A stretch of 63,704 nt of DNA, filler included, from Octopus bimaculoides (Eukaryota): NCBI RefSeq assembly GCF_001194135.2. It is 6 parts of 5 records of this genome, joined end to end, with 100 filler letters (N's around TTAATTAATTAA, not from the genome) between each part and the next. Parts side by side here need not be neighbours in the genome. Positions count along the whole stretch, not along the records: positions 40,994 to 60,644 come from NC_068981.1; positions 60,745 to 62,390 come from NC_068983.1; positions 62,491 to 63,704 come from NW_026436033.1; 3 more parts are not named here. One strand, 5' to 3'. The stretch's first letter is position 1, and every line of letters starts with the position of its first letter. Below the pieces are notes generated by a model that did no database searches, had not been told where the DNA came from, and saw nothing but the letters and a program-made list of their open reading frames with translations. The position numbers and the translations under genes were made by a program. Shown one piece after another: positions 53,484 through 63,704 of the stretch.

Positions 53484-54712
53484 TGCATGTGCAGTGAGAG
53501 CTAGCAGTGACCTTCGTGAGGCAGTATGCTGAGTGATATCCCTGTGATTACTTCACAAGTTGTGAAATCTGTGTTTTTGTGATCACGTCTTTACTGTAGT
53601 CTGTGATTTTGTTATAGACAGGAACAAAAAGCCAACATGAAATTTTGTGTTAAACTTGAGAAGTCTGCTACTGAGACATTGAGTATGCTTTGGCAAGCTT
53701 ACAGCGACAAAGCAATGGGTTATACGCAATGTTTTAAGTGGCACTGGTGCTTCAAAAGTGGAAGAACATTCCTGGAAAATGATGAGTGTTCTGGAAAACC
53801 TGCCATGAGCATCACTCCTGGAAATGTGGAGAAAATTCATCAGCTTGTGCATGAGGATTGTCAGAGGACAATCAACGACATTGCTGATGTTGTTGGTCTG
53901 TTGTATGGGTCTGTGCAGGCAATCTTGACCTTTGAATTGAACATGCATAATATCTCTGCCAAGTTTGTCCCCCACCTGCTGACCACTGAACAGAAAGAAC
54001 ATTGAGTCAAAGTCTGTCAAGATCTCTATCATTATGCTGCTGATGACCCATCCTTCATGTCGAGGATCATCACCGGTGACGAGAGTTGGGTCTACGAGTA
54101 TGACCCTGAGATGAAGCAGCAGTTGTCCACAACCGAAGAAGGCATGACAGAGCCACAGCTCAGTCAAGAGCATGCTCATCGTTTTTTGTGACACACACAG
54201 TATTGTGCATTGAGATTTCAACTCCCCAGGGCCAGACCGTCAATCAAGAGTTCTGCTGTGACATTTTGAAGTGTTTCAGGGAGGGCATTCATCAAAAACA
54301 ACTGGATCTGTGGGGCCCAAAAAATTGGATTCTTCACAACAATAATGCACCCTGTCACTGAGCTTTCCTCACTCATGAGTTTCTCGCCAAAAGCAACATG
54401 ATATCACTTCCACACCCGTCCTATTCACCACATTTAGTTCTTGCAGACTTCCATCTCTTCCCAAAAATGAAAACACAGCTCAGACATCACCATTTTAACA
54501 CTGTTGTCAAGATCAAGAATGAATCATTGAAGGTCCTCCACTCACTTACAAAAAATGACTTTCAGGCCAGATTCCAAAAGTGGCAAGAATACTGAGACCA
54601 GTGTATTGCTGTGCAAGGTGATTATTTCAAAGGAGATGATGTTAAAACTTAGATAAATAAATTATTTTTTATTAAACATAACTAATCCAGGAACTTTTGA
54701 TATCACTTCATA
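53484..54712 (+). mobile_element. mariner transposon relic, nearly full coding region
   Basis: MKFCVKLEKSATETLSML..KFVPHLLT (53637-54005), RIITGDESWVYEYDPE, HNNNAPCH and HPSYSPHLVLADFHLFPKMK; 3' TIR CCAGGAACTTTTGATATCACTTCATA related to the 43388 MITE; 5' TIR not seen. Confidence 0.92.
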
Positions 54713-54742
54713 TATATACTAATTAATAATTCTCATATATAT

Positions 54743-55524
54743 ATTAATTAATAATTAAGAGTGCTGCAAGTAGCACCAGCACACTAAAAGTAGCTGTCAG
54801 AAGACAACTACAACTGCTAATTTTCACTGAAATTGGGGGAATGAGCAGAAATTCTATAATGAAAAGAATTGTAAATTGAAAAGCCAGACATACCTGTATC
54901 ATCAGTTTCAAACTTTGTGAAAATGCCATTTAGTTCTCATCAGCGAATCTTACTGACCCGAGGGTCATAGAAACTGCCCATCTCAACAATGTGCTCAATG
55001 ACCATTTTTAATGCTGTAGCAAATTTTAAAAAGTGATCGAAGTTAATAATAAATTATAAAAATATATATAAGGATATTATTATTTACAGTAATATCAAGT
55101 GGCATAGCATGCATAAAAAAATACCATAAGGTAAAAAATTATTAATTAATAATTAAGGGTGCTACAAGTAGCACCAGCACACTAAAAATACCAGTCAGAA
55201 GACGATTACAACTGCAAATTTTTGCTGATACACATTAATTGAAATCAGGGGAATGAGCAGAAATTCTATGCCCCTGTACCAATAACAAAAAGAATCATAA
55301 ATTGAAAAGCCAGACATACCTGTATCATCAGTTTCAAACTTTGTGAAAATGCCACTTAGTTCTCATCAGTGAGTCTTACTAACCCGAGGGTCATAGAAAC
55401 TGGCCATCTCAACAATGTGCGTGATGACCGTTTTTAATGCCACAGCAAATTTAAAAAGGTGATTGAAGTGAATAATAAATTATAAGAATATATATAAGGT
55501 TATTATTGTTTGCAATAATATCCT
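54743..55524. repeat. tandem duplication of a ~355-385 bp unit (54743-55097, 55141-55524)
   Basis: Both units start ATTAATTAATAATTAAG.GTGCT.CAAGTAGCACCAGCACACTAAAA and are colinear; the internal motifs are 426 bp apart. Confidence 0.9.
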
Positions 55525-55539
55525 TATATATATATATAC

Positions 55540-55573
<34 letters not shown>

Positions 55574-56989
55574 CATCACCATCATCATTTAATGTCTGTC
55601 TGTTTTCCATGCTGGCATGGGTTGGACAGTTTGACAGAAGCTGGTAAGGTCAAGGGCTATAATGTAAAGACAGACAAAATGCCCACTAAGCATTTTGCCT
55701 GGCATGCTAACAATTCTGCCAGCTTGCCACCTTATCTGATTTTGAAATATTGACTGCATATATTTCAGTACCATTATATCAAATCTCTATGGCCTCTATT
55801 TGTCATTAATGACCATGGATAAAGGTCCTAGTTGTCTTTCCTACTGGAACGGTGTTGTCTGTGACTATCTCTCCAGTATAGGATGTTTCATAGGATCCAA
55901 GCACTTGGCAGTATGGTATCAAGTACAGGGTTTTATGCATGCTGTATGCTTCTCTTTTCCATGTCACTGATGGATCCAAAGGAACAGCACAGCCATTACA
56001 GTTTGGCACCATTGTCATCACAGGAGTTTACAGACAAAGGTTGTAGACAACATCAAACTGCCTCAGGGGCTCCAACTTCCAATTTTAGCTCAGGGTTTAC
56101 TCTCAAAATCTTTCCCATAGTTGGGTATGGTCAGAAGGCAGCAGAGATTTGGAGTCAGTTTTCCTTTCCCTAGGTGGCCTGATCCTCCCAAGGTAACAAG
56201 CTCCATCTGCCTAGTTGAATTGCTAATTAATCCATATCTAGGACCCTGTCAGAGTAAACCTGTGAAATAATAGTGGCTAAGAAGTGGTTCCACACTCCAA
56301 GACCCTGGAACTCCTAAACCAGTACCCCACACCCCACTACTAGATGCAATTTAAACACATTCTTTGAAATATATATATAAAAAAATAATAACACAAATTA
56401 TGGCAAGATAATACTGGAAACTCAAACTGGATAAAAAGGATATTTTTTTATTTTATCATATGGCTATTTATCATAATGTTGTCATCAAAAAACTATTTAG
56501 TGATTATAACTGTGAGATTATGGTACTTGAATACTGGCTTCTTAATCATAAATTCAAGTCTCATTATAATCATTGTCAAGTCAGTGATGGAGTCCCTACA
56601 TCAGTGGTTCCCTACCATTTTGCTATCTAGGAGCCCTTTTATTTAAATGAATTTTCTCATGGTCCCTAAACCTTTGAAAGTTTTGTCTTTGTAATCTGAT
56701 TTAACCCTTTAGTGTTCACATTATTCAGTCAGAAGTAGTACTTATTTATTCTTAGCTTTGAGATTTTGAAGAGGTAACTGCTAATTTTTAGAATGACATT
56801 GTGGTGTTGGTGTGAGAGGCCAGATGTGGCCAGTTTGACCATAAAAGAGGTAGAATATTCTAACTGGATATGGCTGGTTTAAATTCTAAAGGCTTAAATA
56901 ACCAACAACACTCATTTTCCCTTCACTTGAAAAATATATACAACAACTATATAGTTTACACCACAACCTTTTGAAATTTTGAATATAAG

Positions 56990-57355
56990 CACAAGTATGG
57001 CCAAGCAGTTCAGAAGCTTATTTTGCATTTGTATGGCACCTTGGCAAGCATCTTCTACCAGAGCCCTGGTTCAAACAACGCTTTATGAGTGAATTTGGCT
57101 GATGGAAATTGTTTGGTACCATGTCATATGTGTGTCTATGTGATTGTGTTTGCATATCCCCGCTTCATCAACACTTGACAACTTGTGTTGGTTTGTTTGT
57201 GTTCCCATAACTTAGCAATTCAACTAAAGATAAAATAAGTACCAGACTTAAAAAAACAAAATATATTGGAGGTGATTTGTTCAACGACAACCCTTCACAG
57301 CAGTGCTCCAGCATGTCTGCAGTCCAGTGATTGAAACAAGTAACCGATAAAAGAT
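56990..57355 (+). mobile_element. SINE family A, CpG-decayed full copy
   Basis: Head, CACTTGACAAC..GTGTTGGTTTGTTT and tail GTGCTCCAGCATG..TGAAACAAGTAA. Confidence 0.7.
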
Positions 57356-59214
57356 AGCTCATGGAATCCAGGAATGCACAGAGCCCTGGCTGTAGATTGC
57401 TACTCTGAATGATTGCTCAACCTGCTAGAAATAAGAGTGAATTTTTAAACTAGGCCTATCCAATGATGGATGAACTCGTGCTTTACATCAATACTAACAG
57501 CTACTACCACCACAAGCCAATGAATCAGCTTTTATGTGACTACTCAGTATGCTAGAAATAGTAACCAAATCACACATACCCATATTAATGAGGGGATGGA
57601 CTTATTTAGCAATGCTGTCGTGTAATCCTTGATGTCCAATAAGACAGGATGGTCATGGCTAGAATGCTTTTGGTCATAAGTTCATTGAATGAAAGCTAGC
57701 CACGCAGCTAAAATAATAACAATCATTGCCTAATGTCTCTGAACAAAGTAACATAACCCTGCTTGTTTCAGTTTGTCTGACTGTGGGAGAAATAATAATA
57801 ATAATAATGACAATGATAATAAAAAACGATTCCATTCCTAATTCACAGCTGAGTGGTTAGCAGTTGAAAGGTATCCAGCTGTGAAAAACAATGGAACCAA
57901 CAAAAAAGACACCCCTCCTCATGCAAGAATGGGGAAATGGTTGGGAAACAGAAAATAAATAAATGAATAACAATGAATTTTGACTGCTTTCTACTACTCC
58001 ATAGCTCTTTCTTTACTCTCTTGCACTCATTCATTCACTTCTGCTATCCGTCCTCCATCACCTGCTTTTTAATTCTTACACATTTGTTTGTATTCTTTGG
58101 GTTTTTTTTCTGTAACTTTATTCTCTCATGCTCTCTTTTTGTTTCTCACCATCTCTTTCTTTTCTCTCTCTACAGACATACATACACACACACATTTAAA
58201 AAGTATAGTTGATATCTTGGGAATACATACATCTACATACATGTATATAGTTACATAAATCAACACACACACATTTACACACATATATACATTTATGTAC
58301 ATACCTACATCTACACAAATAAAGACATCTATATTCATACCTCTACACACACATGTATTTACACACATACATACATTATTTATATTAGACAACTTTTAAA
58401 ATTTTAAAATTTTTTCTCTGCAGTGAAGTAACCATTTGATTTTATTTGTGCACACACATACATGTATGTTTGTGTGTGAATATATCTTTGTTTATGTGTG
58501 CATGTATATTTGTGTGTGAGGGCAAGATAGGCAGAGAGGAAGGAGAGAATTGAAGATAGAATTGAAAAAAATAAATACGAAATAGCAGTAAATCGCCCAA
58601 TTGATATGCTTTGGTGTTAGACTTGTATGCAGATGCTTAAATGATTGGAGTTGAAAACAGATAAGACATTTATATAACTATGTTTTGTTCTGTATTTTTG
58701 CTCTGTTTTATCAAGTTTACTTAGCAATTCTGTTTATCTTATTCCTTCGTTGATGTTGTTATTATTGAAGTTTTTTTTTATCCATTTACATATTTATTTA
58801 TCTGTAGTTTTTTTGTTTTTTTTCCTGTTTTCCTTTTAACATTTCCTTCCATTGAACACCTGCAAAACTTTTATAGACTTTAATAGTGCTTCCTTTTCCA
58901 TTACAAAATAATAATAATAATAATTATTATTATTATTATGATTATTTCTGATTTTGGCACAAGGCCAGCAATTTTAAAGGGATGGGGATAGTTGATTACA
59001 TTGACTCTGGTACTTGATTGGCATTTTATCTTATCGACCTGCCCCCCCNNNNNNNNNNCACACACACACACATGTACAAAACGATGAAAGACAACCTTGA
59101 CCTTGACAGGATTTGAACTCAGAACCTAAAGAAACACTGCTAAACAATTTGCTTGATGCACTAAGGATTCTGCCAGCTCATTGCATTAATAATAATAATT
59201 ATAATGATAATAAA

Positions 59215-59755
59215 TGCCCTGATGCAGTACCAGACAGTGGCTCTCATGTCTTCTGATCTTAACTGATTGGAAAAGTTATCATGTACATTGTTTTGTCTTG
59301 GTATAAAAAATGGGCTACAACAAATATTCTGCTCAACACCACAGATTTGCTTGTCAATTGTTTGACCTTAACCAGTTGAGCATGTCCTTTAGTGGCTGAC
59401 GATATGCGCATCTCTGATCATGAGTAGAAGTGTAGGAGCATCATAGCCATGTGTTGAGAGGAATTCTTTGAGATTTGAATAATTCACCTCTGGAAACATG
59501 AATGTTTTGTTCATCATCCTCAAAACAAACATTCAGGGACCTTTTGAGCAGGATGGGCTACTTGACCTGAAGAAAATTCTAACAGGATCCCACCTGCACT
59601 GTATATCTTGATATGAGATCACCATGTTGTGCACATGTGGTTGTGATGCATGTGCCTGGTGTACTCTCATAAGATGGGTAGCCATGATGGGTATATTGGG
59701 CTTTGTATATTTGTATCCCAGTGTCACTTTGATGGCATGCGCTGTTCTCTCACTC
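59215..59755 (+). mobile_element. ~540-bp non-coding element bounded by (TAA)n on both sides (family X)
   Basis: Starts right after (AAT)n and ends CTCTCACTC-(AAT)n; the 3' 140 bp match 29884-30026; no coding motif recognised. Confidence 0.7.
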
Positions 59756-59774
59756 AATAATAATAATAATAATG

Positions 59775-60195
59775 GTTTCAAATTTTGGTACAAGGCCAGC
59801 AATTATGGGCAGGGAAGGGGAAAAGTCAATACATCGGCCCCAATTTTCAACTGGCACTTATATTAACAACCCCAAAAGGATTGTCGACCTCGGTGAAATT
59901 TGAACTCAGAACATAAGGTCAGATGAGATGCTTGCTAAGCATTTTTTGCCCATCATGCTAACAATCCTGTCAGCTCACTGCCTTAAGTAATAATAATAAT
60001 TGTTTCTGACACAGGCACAAGGCCTGAAAATTAAGAGAGAGAACTAGTTGATTACACCAATGCTAGTGCTTCACTTATCAACTTGCAAAGGTTGCAAGAT
60101 AAAGTTGACCTTAGTGATTTGAACTTAGAATGTAAAGAGCTAGAGAAAATGCCTTTAAGCATTTTGTCTGGCACACTAATGATTCTGCCAGCTCA
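59775..60195 (-). mobile_element. two tandem SINE family B copies (CpG-decayed)
   Basis: 59775-59985 and 60000-60195; AAGGCCAGCAA..GACCT..TTTGAACT.AGAA..GCATTTT..GCCAGCTC. Confidence 0.75.
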
Positions 60196-60323
60196 ATTTG
60201 TTTGATGCACTAAGGATTCTGCCAGCTCATTGCATTAATAATAATAATCATTACATAAAAGTATGTATGTATGTGTGTATCTCTCCCTTCCTCTCTCTGT
60301 CTATCTATCTATCTATCTATCTA

Positions 60324-60562
60324 TCATCATCATCATCATCGTTTAACGTCCGCTTTCCATTGCTAGCATGGGTTGGACGATTTGACTGAGGACTGGTGCA
60401 ACCGGATGGCTACACCAGGCTCCAATCTAATTTGGCAGAGTTTCTACAGCTGGATGCCCTTCCTAACGCCAACCACTCAGAGAGTGTAGTGGGTGCTTTT
60501 ACGTGTCACCCGCACGAAAACGGCCACGCTCGAAATGGTGTCTTTTATGTGCCACCCGCACA
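60324..60562 (-). mobile_element. RTE-type 3' tail with (GAT)n end
   Basis: CATCATCATCGTTTAACGTCCGCTTTCCAT..CTGGATGCCCTTCCTAACGCCAACC..GGTGCTTTTACGTG; shares the GGTGCTTTT motif with the RTE 3' UTR at 40994-41100. Confidence 0.75.
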
Positions 60563-60688
60563 ATGTGATATATATATATATATATATATATAAGTCAATA
60601 AATGGTGGAGTTGTGTTAACCGCACGTGGAGAAATAATAGGAAANNNNNNNNNNNNNNNNNNNNNNNNNNNNNNNNNNNNNNNNNNNN

Positions 60689-60700
60689 TTAATTAATTAA
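60689..60700. other. artificial contig linker TTAATTAATTAA
   Basis: N44-TTAATTAATTAA-N44. Confidence 0.9.
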
Positions 60701-61677
60701 NNNNNNNNNNNNNNNNNNNNNNNNNNNNNNNNNNNNNNNNNNNNTGTATGTTTTCGAGCGGACTTGTATCTATCGTTACAATTTAACCACCCACACAGCT
60801 AACCAACAAACCATCCAACCAGCCAAACCAACCAGCTAGCCAGCCAACCAGCCCGGCCCCACTGGCTCTTCTTCCTACCTACCTACCTACCTGCCTACCT
60901 ATCTGCCTACCTACATCTTTCAGCTATTCTTGGTAAGTTGGCGTCAAGCCAACAAAGATGAAGCAACTGTCTTCGAGGAGAAATAAACTGAAATAAATCA
61001 ACAAATAAACAAATATCTGTTTTTTTTTTTTGTGCTACTGACGCCAAATAATATTCTCATCGCCAGAAATAAACCGCTGGAGATGCCGAACATCAGCTTA
61101 CAATACCGTTCAGTTTGGTCTTAACAGACGAGACGTTGAGAAAACAACTGAACCAATATATTATATTATTACATAATAAAGCCGACGGCAGTGGCTAGTT
61201 GGCGGAATCGTTACCTCACTAGGCGGCCTTACTTTTGGCGGTGCATCAGTTTTGAAATTGTGGGTTCAAACTCTATCAAGGTCGACTTTATTATTTTTTT
61301 CTATTTTCTTCCCCCACCCCTTTAAAATAATTCTTTTACAAGAATAGTGTGGTAGTGACTTCAAAGCTTCGGCCTGCTTAGCTTTCCTCGAATACTCCAA
61401 TGAAAATTAAGCGAGTCTGAACTTCGAAGTCACTGTCAACACAGTTTTTGTAAAAGAATAATAAATGTGTACTTCACAAAAAGTATTGAATGATCCTTTA
61501 GTTTAATGTGAAATTGATTTTATTATATTACTCGATATAAAAACAAATATTGCTATATATACATATATATATACAAACATACACACGCATATACATATTT
61601 GCATACCTACACTCCATTTCTTTTATCCTTTTAATGGTTTCAGTCGTAGAACAGCGGTCATGCTGGAGCACTGCCTT

Positions 61678-61691
61678 AAAAAAAAATAAAA
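61678..61691 (-). terminator. Pol III oligo(dT) terminator of tRNA-Asp
   Basis: T4 and T9 runs on the minus strand, starting about 16 nt after the tRNA 3' end. Confidence 0.65.
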
Positions 61692-61706
61692 TAATAATAA
61701 GCGAGC

Positions 61707-61778
61707 CTCCCCGGCGGGGAATCGTACCCCGGTCTCCCGCGTGACAGGCGGGGATACTTACCACTATACTACCGAGGA
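61707..61778 (-). tRNA. trnD-GTC: tRNA-Asp(GTC), T55A variant
   Basis: 72 nt: TCCTCGGTAGTATAGTGGTAAGTATCCCCGCCTGTCACGCGGGAGACCGGGGTACGATTCCCCGCCGGGGAG; acceptor TCCTCGG/CCGGGGA, anticodon GTC, T-stem CGGGG/CCCCG. Confidence 0.92.
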
Positions 61779-61924
61779 GAACACGAAAACTGTGTCTGTA
61801 TAAAGAACTTTAAATGTATGTTTTCGAGCGGACTTGTATTTATCGTTACTATTTGACCACCCATACAGCCTCGTTCTCCCAGAATTTCATGCTTTGAACC
61901 TACAGCAAGAAAGATTACATAATA

Positions 61925-62360
61925 CTGATTTAAAATTTTAGCGCAAGGCCATCAATTTCGGAGAAGGGGTAAGTCAATTGCATCGATCCCCAAAGTTCCA
62001 CTGGTACTTTATTTTATTGACCCAGAAAGGATTAAATGGAAAAGTTGACCTCGGCGGAATTTGAACTGAGAACGTATACAAATGAAATGCTACTAAGCCA
62101 TTTGACAGGCGTGCTAACGATTCTGCTTGGTAGCCACCTTATCATTATATCATATATTAAATATAATCCAATGTGACGAGCTGGCAGACTCAGTAGCATA
62201 CTTTGTGGCATTTTGTCAGTGTTTAAGTTTTGGGTTCAAATTCCAACGATGTCAACTTAACCTTTTATCCTTTCGGGGTCAATAAAGTATCAGTTGAACT
62301 TTACGAGTGGTATAGTCGACTTATCTCCCTCCACAAATCTTCTAGCTTAGTGACTATAGT
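61925..62360. mobile_element. divergent pair of SINE family B copies (61925-62140 minus, 62175-62360 plus)
   Basis: GACCTCGGCGGAATTTGAACT on the first copy; GAGCTGGCAGA..GGGTTCAAATTCC..CCTTTCGGGGTCAATAAA on the second. Confidence 0.8.
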
Positions 62361-62434
62361 AGAAAAGATTATTCTTTCTCTATCTCTCTCNNNNNNNNNN
62401 NNNNNNNNNNNNNNNNNNNNNNNNNNNNNNNNNN

Positions 62435-62446
62435 TTAATTAATTAA
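62435..62446. other. artificial contig linker TTAATTAATTAA
   Basis: N44-TTAATTAATTAA-N44. Confidence 0.9.
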
Positions 62447-62490
62447 NNNNNNNNNNNNNNNNNNNNNNNNNNNNNNNNNNNNNNNNNNNN

Positions 62491-62860
62491 ACTATCTCAG
62501 GCAATAAAGAATCCTGATGATATTGTAATCCTACAGAATGACCTAAATGCAATATATGAGTGGGCAGAGCAAAACAATATGCAGTTCAATGCGGAAAAAT
62601 TCAAGTACTGCGCTACAAGGCCACAAGTGCCTCCCAACTGGCATACACAGGACCTGGAGGTACTGCAATCCCAGAACCACAAGCCGTGAGAGACCTGGGC
62701 TCTTGTGATCAAGGCTCTCTGTGTGGCTGAGGGCATGTCTGAGAGGGACGTTATGAGCAGTAGTGGTCCCAAAATAGTGCCTTGCGGAACACCGCTCACT
62801 ATTTGCGTGTCCTTGGAGGTGGCCCCATTGGCTATTACCACCTGACATCGCTGACCTAAA
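62491..62860. mobile_element. rearranged CR1-like RT fragment (plus-strand 62491-62700 joined to minus-strand ~62710-62860)
   Basis: The minus part reads QVVIANG..SGVPQGTILGPLL; the plus part is an inverted copy of 63475-63682. Confidence 0.8.
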
Positions 62861-62872
62861 ATGTGTCTCATT

Positions 62873-63704
62873 TCAAGCCATTGGTTCGTCTGGTATTGTG
62901 GAGAGGAAAGTGTCGAGTTTTGTTTTGAAGACCTCTGTATCCATGTCTTGCAGGTCTCTCAATTGTTTTGGCAAGGCATTAAAGAGCTGAGGTCTTCTGA
63001 AACCGAGGCTGTTGCAGTACCTTGTTCTTATGTGAGATGCAGTGGACGGTACCTTTGGTACCATGCAGTGGCGACCTGTGTGGGCATTCGTGTAGTGCTT
63101 GATGCCAAAGTTTGGTACCAGCCCTTCCAGTATTTTCCATATGTATATTATTACATATCTCTCCCGCCTGCGCTCAGGGAGTAGAGACCTAATGTCTTCA
63201 GTCGCTCCCTGTAATTCATCTGCTGGACTGTGGCGATCTTTTTTGTATAGTGACGCTGAATTGCTTCAAGTTCTGCTGTCCGCTTGACACTGTGTGGTAA
63301 CCACAACTGAGAGCAATAGTCTAGGCGGCTCAGAACAAATGTCTTCCATAGAGTCAACATGACTTTTTGATCCCTTGTTCTGAATGTCCTCAGTATCTAC
63401 CCTGCCAGTTGTCTGCACTTTGCTGTCAACTTGACAATGTGCATGTGAAATGATGCATCACTACACAAGTTGATGCCCAGGTCTCTTACTTTCTGTGGTT
63501 CTGGGATTGCAGTACCTCCAGGTCCTGTGTATGCCAGTTGGGAGGCACTTGTGGCCTTGTAGCGCAGTACTTGAAAATTTTTTGCATTGAACTGCATATT
63601 ATTTTGCTCTGCCCACTCATATATTGCATTTAGGTCATTCTGCAGGCTTATGATATCATGATTCTTTATTGCCTGAGATAGTTTTGTGTCATCAGCGTAG
63701 CTAG
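62873..63704 (-). mobile_element. CR1-like LINE, RT to ORF2 C-terminus, frameshifted
   Basis: SYADDTK (63684-63704), NDLNAIYEWAEQNNMQFNA, VRDLGI, FVLSRLDYCSQLW, LEAIQRHYTKKI and FKTKLDTFLSTIPDEP. Confidence 0.9.

Noticed and set aside
57849-57958. Possible plus-strand terminal exon (acceptor CCTAATTCACAG|, EWLAVERYPAVKNNGT..GNRK*)
   Set aside because: Phase 1 does not match the phase-2 end of exon 50665, no bridging exon was found and no homology was recognised. Worth rechecking with RNA-seq.

Overview
AT-rich, microsatellite-dense, gapped eukaryotic sequence. The repeat families look like those of an octopus/cephalopod genome (recognition from memory, not verified). Most ORF-track entries are microsatellite or N-gap artefacts. 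Supported content: (i) decayed transposons, namely Penelope-like elements (PLEs), R4/Dong-like, RTE and CR1-like LINE fragments, three mariner relics plus a mariner MITE, and two abundant tRNA-headed SINE families; (ii) a tRNA-Asp(GTC) with a T-loop variant; (iii) two phase-compatible minus-strand exons (38785-38691, 37723-37287) encoding a transmembrane helix and a cytoplasmic tail; (iv) a weaker set of plus-strand hydrophobic exons at about 45.7-52.9 kb inside a CpG-decayed domain; (v) five artificial N44-TTAATTAATTAA-N44 linkers, so adjacency across them is not guaranteed. The most interesting signal is a set of minimal hammerhead-ribozyme motifs carried by several unrelated repeat families. 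One copy has a near-canonical core (8373-8418). A three-copy family has a conserved A6U core variant (3682-3717, 26551-26586, 44138-44173), one copy lying directly downstream of a PLE GIY-YIG C-terminus. A ~426-bp tandem unit has a hammerhead core (retrozyme-like, 54743-55524), and a 617-bp fold-back has core-like motifs in both arms. Ribozyme activity is inferred from manual folding only.
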